Assembly (NCBI GenBank): GCA_043754515.1 | Contig: JAYUUO010000263.1 | Span: 1 to 24,854, forward strand | DNA length: 24,854 nucleotides | DNA from: Armatimonadota bacterium | Lineage (GTDB): Bacteria; Armatimonadota; Armatimonadia; Armatimonadales; Armatimonadaceae | Direction: 5' to 3' | Shown here: positions 17,366 through 24,854 of the stretch, piece after piece | Layout of the letters: each line of letters begins with the position of its first letter | How positions within the stretch are numbered: the first letter of the stretch is position 1 | Notes under the pieces: model-generated | What the model was told of the DNA's origin: nothing | The model's database searches: none | Seen by the model: the letters and a program-made list of their open reading frames with translations, nothing else | Program-made: the position numbers and the translations under genes

Positions 17366-17414
17366 GTCGGGGCGCGGGTGTGTCGTCGGGGCGCGGGCGT
17401 GTCGTCGTGGGGCG
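17366..17414. repeat. 19-bp tandem repeat (2 copies plus a partial) downstream of the RT
   Basis: gtcggggcgcgggtgtgtc / gtcggggcgcgggcgtgtc / gtcgtggggcg. It shares gtgtcgtcg(c/t)ggggc with the 10291 element. Confidence 0.7.
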
Positions 17415-17468
17415 TTCCGTCGAGCGTACCCCACAGCGAACGCCCTGAACTGACCTACCAAAAAGTCA

Positions 17469-18881
17469 CTACCCCACGACAACCACGCGCCCGATCCAAG
17501 CGTGCCGCTCCCGGATCGCCGTAGCCTGTTCCGGGTTTACCATATGTACGAACGATAGGTAGCCCGCCGCGTACGCGTGCGCGTCCTTGCCGAGTGTCGC
17601 CGACACCGCCTCCGCCCCCTTCGTCTTCACCTGATGCAGGAACGCGCGGAAGCGGCGCAGGTCCACCCGCGAGACGCGCGGCGTGCCCGTATTCGTCACG
17701 ACCCCCGTCACGCTCTGCCGGTGGTGCGGGCGCAAGACAACCGTTTTTTCCTCGTTTACCGTGAAGCCCGACTCGGTCAGAATCATGCGCGCCGCCCGTA
17801 GTAGCGCGCCGACCGCCGCGTTCGGCTCCGCGTGCGAGAACACCAGGTCGTCGGCGTAGCGCGTGTAGGTAAACCCCGCCGCGTCGCACAGCCCGGTTAG
17901 CCGCGCGTCTAAACGGCGACACAAAACATTCGTCAGCGCGGGCGACGTACACGCACCTTGCGGCAGACACCGCTCGCCGACTGCGACGAATCGCTTCTCG
18001 CCGCCGTCCAGCGTGATCGCGGCGCGGGGTGCCTCGGTGCAAAGCAGCGCGAACAGCGTCGCGACGCCCGGATTGTAGCCGAAACTCTCGAACAGCCGCT
18101 TCACGCGCTTAAACGACACCGACGGGAAGAAATCCTTCAGGTCGAGCCGTATCACGACCGACTTGCCCGCGTGCTGGGCGGCATTATCGCGGATGTTCAG
18201 ATCAGGGCGGAACGCCATCGCCGCCGCATGCACCGGTAGCGGCTCCAGAATCTGCTTCAGTACGTAACTCTGCGCGGTCCGCAATCGTGCCTTTGGCGAC
18301 GAGATGACGCGCACCCCGCCGCGCTTCTTCGGGATCGTGAAGCGCGAGTAGTGGTCACGCATCACGGAGCCCCGGTGGTAGGTCAGGAACGCCAGGTCGC
18401 CGGTGCCGATCCCGATGGCCCGCGCGACGTCCGCCGCCGTGACCAATTCTGGCAGACCGCCCGCCGCGACTTTCGCCGGGTCGCCGCCCGCGTATTGCAG
18501 GCCCTCCGACACGCCGCGCCCCAGGAACGGCAACGTTTCTTTGCGCCAGAGCGTGTCACCCGCCTTGTGCTCCGCGCGCCGCTTCTCGTTCTCCGCGACC
18601 TTCACGACGCGGGCCGCGCGTACCCGCTCGATCCGCTTGCGCCGTATCTCGCCGATCAGGGCGGGGATATTGCCGGTCTGCCCTATTTCGGCCTCGATGC
18701 CGTTCAGTTCCGAGCGGAGCGCGGCAAGTTCCGCGTACAAAGGGCGCAGTGCCGCTTCCGCCTCCGCGCTTCTCGTGGCGACCTCCGCCGACGGCGGCCA
18801 GTAGCCGAGGCGCGTCATCTCCTCGCGCGTGAACGCCGACTTGCCGACCTCTTTCAACCGTTCGCGTTGCTCGCGATTCAT
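17469..18881 (-). CDS. retron reverse transcriptase with ~150-aa helical N-terminal extension
   Basis: RT core motifs [35 protein letters not shown] and YTRYADDL. Retron-specific NAxxH (NAAQH) and VTG (QSVTGVVTN) are present. ATGA overlap with the upstream gene. Confidence 0.95.
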   Translation of the reverse strand: MNREQRERLKEVGKSAFTREEMTRLGYWPPSAEVATRSAEAEAALRPLYAELAALRSELNGIEAEIGQTGNIPALIGEIRRKRIERVRAARVVKVAENEKRRAEHKAGDTLWRKETLPFLGRGVSEGLQYAGGDPAKVAAGGLPELVTAADVARAIGIGTGDLAFLTYHRGSVMRDHYSRFTIPKKRGGVRVISSPKARLRTAQSYVLKQILEPLPVHAAAMAFRPDLNIRDNAAQHAGKSVVIRLDLKDFFPSVSFKRVKRLFESFGYNPGVATLFALLCTEAPRAAITLDGGEKRFVAVGERCLPQGACTSPALTNVLCRRLDARLTGLCDAAGFTYTRYADDLVFSHAEPNAAVGALLRAARMILTESGFTVNEEKTVVLRPHHRQSVTGVVTNTGTPRVSRVDLRRFRAFLHQVKTKGAEAVSATLGKDAHAYAAGYLSFVHMVNPEQATAIRERHAWIGRVVVVG

Positions 18882-20884
18882 ACCGTCTTTCCTTCCCGCA
18901 TATCCTGGAACTGTTGCTCGGTCAGGACTTTGACCCCTAGCTGCTTCGCCTTGTCGAGTTTCGACCCCGCTTTATCGCCCGCGACCAGATACGACGTGGT
19001 CTTGCTCACGCTCCCCGACGCCTTACCGCCGCCCTGCTCGACGATAGCCTCCGCCTGCTCGCGCGTGAAGAGCGTGAGCGCGCCGGTGAACACAAACGTC
19101 AGGTCTTTGAGCGGCGTCGGGTTCAGCACCGCCCCGCCTCCCGTGCCGCCGCCCGCGCTTTTCACCGTTACGTCCTTCGTGCTCTGCGACGCGGCGAGCG
19201 CGGCGGTCGCCAGTATATGGGGGCACGGACCCTGCCGCAACTTCTCGCGCCGGTAGAACGAGCAGTCGCACGACGCGAAGCACACCCGCCCGTCGCCGTC
19301 GAGATCCAGCACGACGTTGAATTTTCGCTCACGCTTCGACTCGCCGCCGCGCACCGACGCGCGGAACCGCTCGATTGACGGGTCGGCGTTCGCCATCCCG
19401 AATGTGCTTTCCTCGTCCTCGTCCTCGCCCGGCTTTTTGAACACCACGCCGCCCGAACCCGCGATGCGCCGCGCCAGGTTCATCCGCGCGTCGCTCTCGT
19501 CCTCCGGCACGGGGAATGGGAGCAGTTGCCGCCAGCGGTACACGCCGTCCGCCAGGTCGTACATTGCCATCCCTTGCCGACACAGCCGTTGTAGTGCCGA
19601 CGCGGCGGAGTCCTGGGACAGGTCGGAAATACTTGCAAGTTCGGCGGGCGACAACCGGAGCCGCTTTTCTAGCAGTTGCGACGCCTGCGCGACATCGCCG
19701 TCCGTGACCGCTTTGGTCGCCGCGAGCAGGTCGAAGCGTGCCGAACGCGACCAGTCATTCTTCGTCCAGCCTGAAATCCCCATGTCGAACCGGTGCCCCT
19801 GCTGAAACACGGTCCAGTACGACGGCATACCGCTCCCGAGTAGCCGCGCCTCGATTTTGTCCGCGTACGGCAACATATCCTCCAGCGTGAGCAACCGTCG
19901 TCGCCCCCAGATACGGATCTCGCCGGTGAAATCACCCTCGAAGACGTGCGTCGGCTCGCTAATGACGACGTTCCACGGCTCGATCACGATGTTCGGTTTC
20001 TTGCCCGGTTCCAGCACGAACTTGAGCGAGCGCGGCCCCTTGTTCTCGCGGCGGCGGCGTAGTGCCGACAGTACTTCGGCGAGGGTGGACGCCGACAGGG
20101 TGACGTTCGTGCCGGGGAATGTCGCCGCCGACTGCACCTGCAAAAAGCCGCGCACCCAGGTCGGCGGCAGATCAATCTTCTTTTCCAGCCGGTCACCCGC
20201 GCCGGTCGCGACCGATACGCCGCCCGAGTTGACGGATAGAAAAGCGGGACGGTACGACCGAACGCGCCGAATCTCGTTCGCCAGCGCGCGGGAGTAGTCC
20301 ACATTCGTGGTCCCGCATACCGTGGTGCCGAACGTATCGAGCTGATCCATCGGCACCGTTACCCGCCCGTAGCTCGACTCGTCCACCGAGAACACCTCGA
20401 ACACCACGCAGTCGGGGTGGACACTGACCACCGGGTCCAGGATCATCCACGCTTCCCGGTCGTTGTCCCACAGCCACTCGTAATACTTCGCCCGCGCGGT
20501 GTAAAACTCGCCGCCCTGGAGCGACGATTCCAGCGGTGCGGTCTGTTTAGAAAGCTCGGAGAGACGCCCCTTAATCGCCTTCCTACGGTCGTCCAAGCCC
20601 GGCAGACGGCGCAACTGCGTGCCCATCTCAGCGTCCAACTCTTCCAAATACCGCGCCTGCACCCACTTCTGGTAGGCGGTGTAATCCTTCTGCTTCTGCC
20701 GCAGGTCGCTCGAAACCACCGCGTAGAGCGCGAGCATCACCCGCGCGTAACCCAGGCTGTTCTTCACCTGCGCGTCGAGCGAAACGCCGGGGCGCGACAA
20801 TTCGGCGGAAATGGAAAGACGCAGATCACCGTTCGGCGAGATCGTCGCCGTGCTCGGCTTCGCGTAACTCTGTGTAATATCCAT
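18878..20884 (-). CDS. retron-associated SWIM zinc-finger protein with C-terminal BRCT domain
   Basis: Motifs [43 protein letters not shown] and [11 protein letters not shown] CxC-x12-CxH at 19217-19270. LigA/RFC1-type BRCT (FVFTGAL...[33 protein letters not shown]). Start MDITQSY after AAGGAG. Confidence 0.9.
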   Translation of the reverse strand: MDITQSYAKPSTATISPNGDLRLSISAELSRPGVSLDAQVKNSLGYARVMLALYAVVSSDLRQKQKDYTAYQKWVQARYLEELDAEMGTQLRRLPGLDDRRKAIKGRLSELSKQTAPLESSLQGGEFYTARAKYYEWLWDNDREAWMILDPVVSVHPDCVVFEVFSVDESSYGRVTVPMDQLDTFGTTVCGTTNVDYSRALANEIRRVRSYRPAFLSVNSGGVSVATGAGDRLEKKIDLPPTWVRGFLQVQSAATFPGTNVTLSASTLAEVLSALRRRRENKGPRSLKFVLEPGKKPNIVIEPWNVVISEPTHVFEGDFTGEIRIWGRRRLLTLEDMLPYADKIEARLLGSGMPSYWTVFQQGHRFDMGISGWTKNDWSRSARFDLLAATKAVTDGDVAQASQLLEKRLRLSPAELASISDLSQDSAASALQRLCRQGMAMYDLADGVYRWRQLLPFPVPEDESDARMNLARRIAGSGGVVFKKPGEDEDEESTFGMANADPSIERFRASVRGGESKRERKFNVVLDLDGDGRVCFASCDCSFYRREKLRQGPCPHILATAALAASQSTKDVTVKSAGGGTGGGAVLNPTPLKDLTFVFTGALTLFTREQAEAIVEQGGGKASGSVSKTTSYLVAGDKAGSKLDKAKQLGVKVLTEQQFQDMREGKTV

Positions 20885-20912
20885 GGTGTTTTTTCTCCTT
20901 ATATATATGGGA

Positions 20913-23900
20913 CTAAACGCCGACAACTCCCTCCAGGACAACCCCCTCGATCACTTCGCCGCGTGACACGCGGCGCGCCAGTTCGCCCAGTGCCCATTCC
21001 GCGTCGCGCGGCGTGCGCGCCCGCGCCAGCGTCAACAGCGTCGCGACGTCCAGGCTCCCCTCGCCCGTCTGCCGCGCCTTGATCCGTTCTTTCGCGACGC
21101 GGGCACGGTTGGTGGCGCGGAGCACTTCGGCGTCGAAACGCGGCGTCGTCTCCGGGCGCGGCGCGCTATTCTCGCCCGGCCGCACGGCGTCGCCGAGTTG
21201 CGCGGCGACGAACGCCTGCATCTCCGGCGCGGGGTTCTCGAATAGCGCGGACAACACCCGTTCGCGGGGCAGGGTCGCGGCACGATCCGTGACGTATGCG
21301 ATGCCAAGGGCGCGGACGTCGGCGAACGGGCTGTCGCACAGCGCGAGCGCGTAGTCCGTTTCCCGCTCCCCGCCCGTCGGCTCCGCGTCGAAGAACGACT
21401 TTCCGACCGCCATGCTCGGCGGTAGCGCGGACTCCAGCAGCCGGAGCGCGAACGGCATGCTCATCCCGAGTTCGGTGACGCGGACGAGCGACGGTGTCCG
21501 CACCTCGGGGAGCGGGTGCGTCGCGCCCTCGTAGAGTAACGACGAATCGCGGGTTAGTCGCGCCATGTGATGCGTCACCCACGCGCCGAGTAACGCCCCG
21601 AACTCCGGCGCACGGATCGCCAGCACCCGCTCGTCGTCCACGAGCAGTAGCGTTTCCGCGACTTCCGGGTCACCGAGAAGTCGCGCTTCGAGCCGGTTCG
21701 TGGCGTCGTCTGCCACCGCGCTCTCGGCGGCGAGCCATATCTCGCGCGTGCCGACGCCGCTAGATAGTTGCCGCAACCAGACCGGGCGGAGCAGGCGGTA
21801 ATGTTCGTCCGGCGACGCCGCGATCAGCGCGAGCACCACCGACGCGGGCGCGGACGCGGCTACCGAAACGAACGCTTCGGGGGAGAGCAGACCGACCAGG
21901 AACGGGCGGCTCGCGACATGCGCCGCGAGTTCCGGCGCACCGATCCCGGCGCGTTCCAGCAAACCCAGCGCGTCCGCCGAACCCATCGCGGATGTGAGCG
22001 CGTCCGTCACCACGGGGCTTGCAAGCAGTTCGTCCCACAGTGGCTTGAGCACGTCGCCGCCGGTCACGCTCGCCGCTAGCATCCGCCAGCCGCCCAGCCG
22101 CACGAAGGCGTCGGAATGGTACACCAGTTGCCTCGCGGCCTGGCGATCCAGCGCGACGGAGCGCATGGCGGTGCCCAGCGCGGCCAGCACCGGCTCGCTT
22201 CGCGCCACGTCGCCGAGTCGCGATAATTGCGTCAGCCACGCGAGCAGATTCTCCGGTGCCGCCCGCCCCGCGCCCACCACGATGACCGACTCCAGTTCCG
22301 CCCGCCCGGACGCCAGAAACGGCGCGACCAGCGGCAGCAAGGTGTCGGGACGCGGGGCGATAGCCCACGAGAAGTAGCGGGCGAGTAGCATCGCACTATC
22401 GGTCTGCCGCCGCGACATCGCCAGCCGCGCCGAATCGGCCGGCTTGATCAGTTCCGCGAGGCGCAGGGCAAACTCAAGTGCCCAGCCTTGTTTGGTCGCC
22501 CAGCGCGGTGCCTGCTCCCGCGCCAAAGCCCCGCGCACCGACGCGTTCGCCCGGTAGAAGACGTCGGCGGCGAGCGTATTAGTAACCGATTCGCCCGCCA
22601 GTAGCCGCGCCGCGATGAGGCGCACCGCGAGCGCGATCAACAGCGGCTCGGCGGACGCGACCCACGCCGCGAGCACGGCGTCGGCGATCGGGGGCAGGGG
22701 TTGCCGGTTCGTACGCAGTACCCGCGCCGCGAACGCCTGCACCGGCAACGTGGTGCCGGGCGCGGTCAGTAGCCGCGCCAGCAGATCGGGCCGCGCGTTC
22801 CACGCGTCGGGAAATCGCTCCTCGCGCGTGCGCAGGGCGAGTTTCGGCGGCGGCTTCGGGCCGGGTATATACCGCCCGCGCCCGTGCCGCGTTTGCAGCA
22901 ACCGTTGCCCGCCGCCGAACAGCGTGTCAATCGTCGCCCAGTGCTGCGCCGGGTCGAGCGTTCCGGCCTTCACCGCCAGCAACATCTCGGTCGCGACCTC
23001 GGCGTAGCGCGGCGCGTCGGACTTCGCCAACTTGCGCAACACGCGCCGCCCGCGCCGCTTCATGTAGCCGATCGTGTCGCCGCTCGGCGGTGCCCCGACC
23101 CGGGTGGGCGTCTGAGGAACGGCGAGGGAAAGGATCGCGACGCCGCTGTACGGGCTTAGAATGTATGCCACGTCGCCCGCGATGTGCATCTCCGTCGTGC
23201 CCTGGAACGCGCCCCCGCTCGCGATGAGTACCGGCGCGGCAGGGTCCTGTATATCCAGTATGTGGAGCGCGCCGTTCTGATCCCACGCATACAGGTAGCG
23301 ACCGTCCGGCGGTAACACCATGCCGACTATCTTGCCGAGCGCGGCGAACCCGGCGCGGCGCGGGTTCCAGGGGTCGCTCAGATCCACCACCTGAACCCCT
23401 GACTCGTCGGCATTGGCGGACACGATTCCGGCGTAGACGAACTGCCCGCGCATCACCACGCACACCGGATAGGGCAGATCAAGGCCCCCGACCTGACGCA
23501 GTTTCGTGGAGTCGGAAATATCTAATATGCGCACGCCGCCGCTCTGCGGCAGACGGTTCGACGCGGAGCCGGCCGGAGTAACCGTGACGACCGCGAGATT
23601 TCCCCCGGTTGCGACGTTTCCCGGCGAGGCCGAGCGGTAAGCAGATGTCGGCGATTTGAATACCATTCCGCCCGCGAGCGTCAGCGCGTCTGGATCGCGC
23701 AGGTCAATGACGCGGAGCGCGGTGCCCGACTGTCCCGGCGTTTCCGCATACAACAGGTACGAGGCCGCGTCGGCGTCGCTGATCGCGGGCATGGTAGGCT
23801 TCCCGAGAGCGAGTTTGCCGCGTAGCCGGGGGCGAGCCGGGTCGGATATGTCCACGAGTTGCAACACGCCATCGGAACTGCTGTTCATAAACAGACACAG

Positions 23901-24368
23901 GAGCGATCCGCGCCGGGTCGCCGTTATCAGCGCACCGAAGGTGCCGGGCATGGCGAGCGTCGCCACGCGGAGCGGTTTGAGCGGGTTCGCCGGGTTGCGC
24001 GTGTACACACCGAGCGTCTTTTCGTTCCAGTTGTAGCCGTAAGCCAGAAACAGGTAGTCGCCCCTCACCGCGAGGCTATTCGCGTATTCGCGTATGCCCC
24101 AGTTCACGCGCGGGTTCCGGTCGCCGAGTGTAATCGGGGCGTCGTCCATGCGGGCGAGTAGCGTGCCGAGGAGCGCGGAGTCCGACCCCGTACTCACCAC
24201 ATCCGCCTCCGCAACCTTGTAAAGTGCCTTAAAGCGGTCCCACGTCCCGTAGGTCAGTGACGCTTCGCGGGCGAACGTGAGTAGCGTCTCCCGATCGGCG
24301 GCCGATTCGGGGGGATAAGGTAGGTCTCGCGGCAACGAAGCCGCGAGGACGACACCGGCGTCCGGCAT
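20913..24368 (-). CDS. retron-associated ARM/HEAT-like helical protein with inserted LVIVD-type beta-propeller (1151 aa)
   Basis: Start MPDAGVV after AGGAGA. Propeller repeats [44 protein letters not shown] and [12 protein letters not shown]. The Leu/Ala-rich helical C-terminal two-thirds has HEAT-like ATHPLPEVR and [13 protein letters not shown]. Confidence 0.82.
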   Translation of the reverse strand: MPDAGVVLAASLPRDLPYPPESAADRETLLTFAREASLTYGTWDRFKALYKVAEADVVSTGSDSALLGTLLARMDDAPITLGDRNPRVNWGIREYANSLAVRGDYLFLAYGYNWNEKTLGVYTRNPANPLKPLRVATLAMPGTFGALITATRRGSLLCLFMNSSSDGVLQLVDISDPARPRLRGKLALGKPTMPAISDADAASYLLYAETPGQSGTALRVIDLRDPDALTLAGGMVFKSPTSAYRSASPGNVATGGNLAVVTVTPAGSASNRLPQSGGVRILDISDSTKLRQVGGLDLPYPVCVVMRGQFVYAGIVSANADESGVQVVDLSDPWNPRRAGFAALGKIVGMVLPPDGRYLYAWDQNGALHILDIQDPAAPVLIASGGAFQGTTEMHIAGDVAYILSPYSGVAILSLAVPQTPTRVGAPPSGDTIGYMKRRGRRVLRKLAKSDAPRYAEVATEMLLAVKAGTLDPAQHWATIDTLFGGGQRLLQTRHGRGRYIPGPKPPPKLALRTREERFPDAWNARPDLLARLLTAPGTTLPVQAFAARVLRTNRQPLPPIADAVLAAWVASAEPLLIALAVRLIAARLLAGESVTNTLAADVFYRANASVRGALAREQAPRWATKQGWALEFALRLAELIKPADSARLAMSRRQTDSAMLLARYFSWAIAPRPDTLLPLVAPFLASGRAELESVIVVGAGRAAPENLLAWLTQLSRLGDVARSEPVLAALGTAMRSVALDRQAARQLVYHSDAFVRLGGWRMLAASVTGGDVLKPLWDELLASPVVTDALTSAMGSADALGLLERAGIGAPELAAHVASRPFLVGLLSPEAFVSVAASAPASVVLALIAASPDEHYRLLRPVWLRQLSSGVGTREIWLAAESAVADDATNRLEARLLGDPEVAETLLLVDDERVLAIRAPEFGALLGAWVTHHMARLTRDSSLLYEGATHPLPEVRTPSLVRVTELGMSMPFALRLLESALPPSMAVGKSFFDAEPTGGERETDYALALCDSPFADVRALGIAYVTDRAATLPRERVLSALFENPAPEMQAFVAAQLGDAVRPGENSAPRPETTPRFDAEVLRATNRARVAKERIKARQTGEGSLDVATLLTLARARTPRDAEWALGELARRVSRGEVIEGVVLEGVVGV

Positions 24369-24395
24369 GGAAAACAGTCTCCTCGCAATCAGCAA

Positions 24396-24678
24396 AAAAA
24401 GCGTTACCAGAAACACGAACAACCGGATACCGTGGACGGCTACTAACCGGGGAGGACCGGCGATGTCCACTGTAAGCCCGCCCTGCACTAGGGGATACTA
24501 TAGGGCGGTGGGCGCAGCCCCCTCAGCGCTGACGGATAGTACCCCCTAGTGCGGGGCGGGCTGAGTCGAGACGGCGTCCGGTGATGTAAAGCTGGCTTTA
24601 CGGCTATCGCGGCGAAACGCCGCGGATAATGCTAACGATCCCGGTATTCGGTTGTTCTTGCTTCGGGTAACTGTTTTT
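24396..24678 (-). ncRNA. retron msr-msd ncRNA
   Basis: Inverted arms 24396-24432 and 24642-24678 are complementary at 31 of 37 positions. An imperfect inner extension (24434-24442 with 24633-24641) ends at UUA-G-C, giving candidate branch G 24632. Two short msr hairpins (24608-24624, 24586-24601) and a 27-bp msd stem (24475-24501 with 24536-24562, 25/27) lie inside. Confidence 0.88.
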
Positions 24679-24707
24679 AGTGTAGCAGAAACGGAACAAA
24701 AAAACAA
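24679..24707 (-). promoter_or_regulatory. promoter of the retron operon
   Basis: TTGTTT-17-TACACT with extended -10 (TGcTACACT). The predicted +1 at about 24672 coincides with the start of the well-paired part of the arm (GUUACC). Confidence 0.7.
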
Positions 24708-24781
24708 AACTTTTCCACTTTTTTTGCCGCGCCTCTGCCCGAATCCGCCACGTAAACCCGAATCTTGAGTTGAGGTTGGTC

Positions 24782-24835
24782 GGTCGTCCTGATGTAAAAT
24801 GAAGTCGCCAAACTCTACCTTTACACAGGACGACC
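24782..24835. repeat. 16-bp bulged hairpin with 21-nt loop
   Basis: ggtcgtcctg-a-tgtaaa pairs with tttaca-caggacgacc. Confidence 0.75.
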
Positions 24836-24854
24836 TTCCCTGATTGGTATACCG

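Noticed and set aside
10291..17414. CRISPR array from the short repeats at 10346, 11085 and 17366
   Set aside because: Only 2-3 copies each, no regular unique spacers and no cas genes.
16940..17468. msr-msd adjacent to the RT
   Set aside because: There is no gap upstream of the RT (ATGA overlap) and no a1/a2-plus-long-stem layout downstream. The 24396-24678 candidate fits far better.
17469..18881. RT as group II intron, DGR or CRISPR-associated RT
   Set aside because: It has the retron NAxxH and VTG motifs. No maturase/endonuclease domain, TR/VR pair or cas1 was seen.
18878..19111. ligA call from the BRCT domain
   Set aside because: There is no adenylation or OB domain; the BRCT is fused to a SWIM protein.
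24369..24549. N-terminal 40 aa of the 1191-aa ORF, and plus-strand ORF 24367..24549
   Set aside because: Both overlap the ncRNA. A strong RBS precedes ATG 24368.
24690..24710. Retron promoter sharing the aacaaaaagtaaac box
   Set aside because: Only gaacaaaaa matches; the spacing differs and A-runs match by chance.
1..24854. tRNA/rRNA, integrase, transposase, att sites, firm taxonomic assignment
   Set aside because: None was recognisable by eye. Taxonomy cannot be supported without a search.

Overview
GC-rich bacterial window with three parts. (1) 1-5900, minus strand: a rearranged Mu-like head-gene cluster. In order it has a small membrane protein, gpI-like protease/scaffold, a capsid-cement-like protein, an SGNH hydrolase, a connector/portal-tail chimera, gpT major capsid, a frameshifted MuF-motif mini-gene, a hypothetical, and the probable start of a terminase large subunit at the window edge. 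(2) 6300-17300: host-like genes, namely a secreted beta-propeller protein, plsY, a CRTAC1/ASPIC-UnbV protein and a two-gene ABC transporter with a long leader. A solitary phage-type replication-initiator gene sits among them; its promoter shares a bipartite motif with the head-cluster promoter. (3) 17469-24710, minus strand: an apparently complete retron operon. It comprises an extended -10 promoter, a ~270-nt msr-msd ncRNA (37-nt a1/a2 arms, UUAG branch site, 27-bp msd hairpin), an ARM/HEAT-like protein with an inserted LVIVD-type propeller, a SWIM-BRCT protein and a long-N-terminus retron RT. This resembles type XIII (ARM/SWIM/WGR) retrons, but with BRCT and LVIVD modules and no visible WGR. 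All family calls come from motif recognition by eye; no database search was run.
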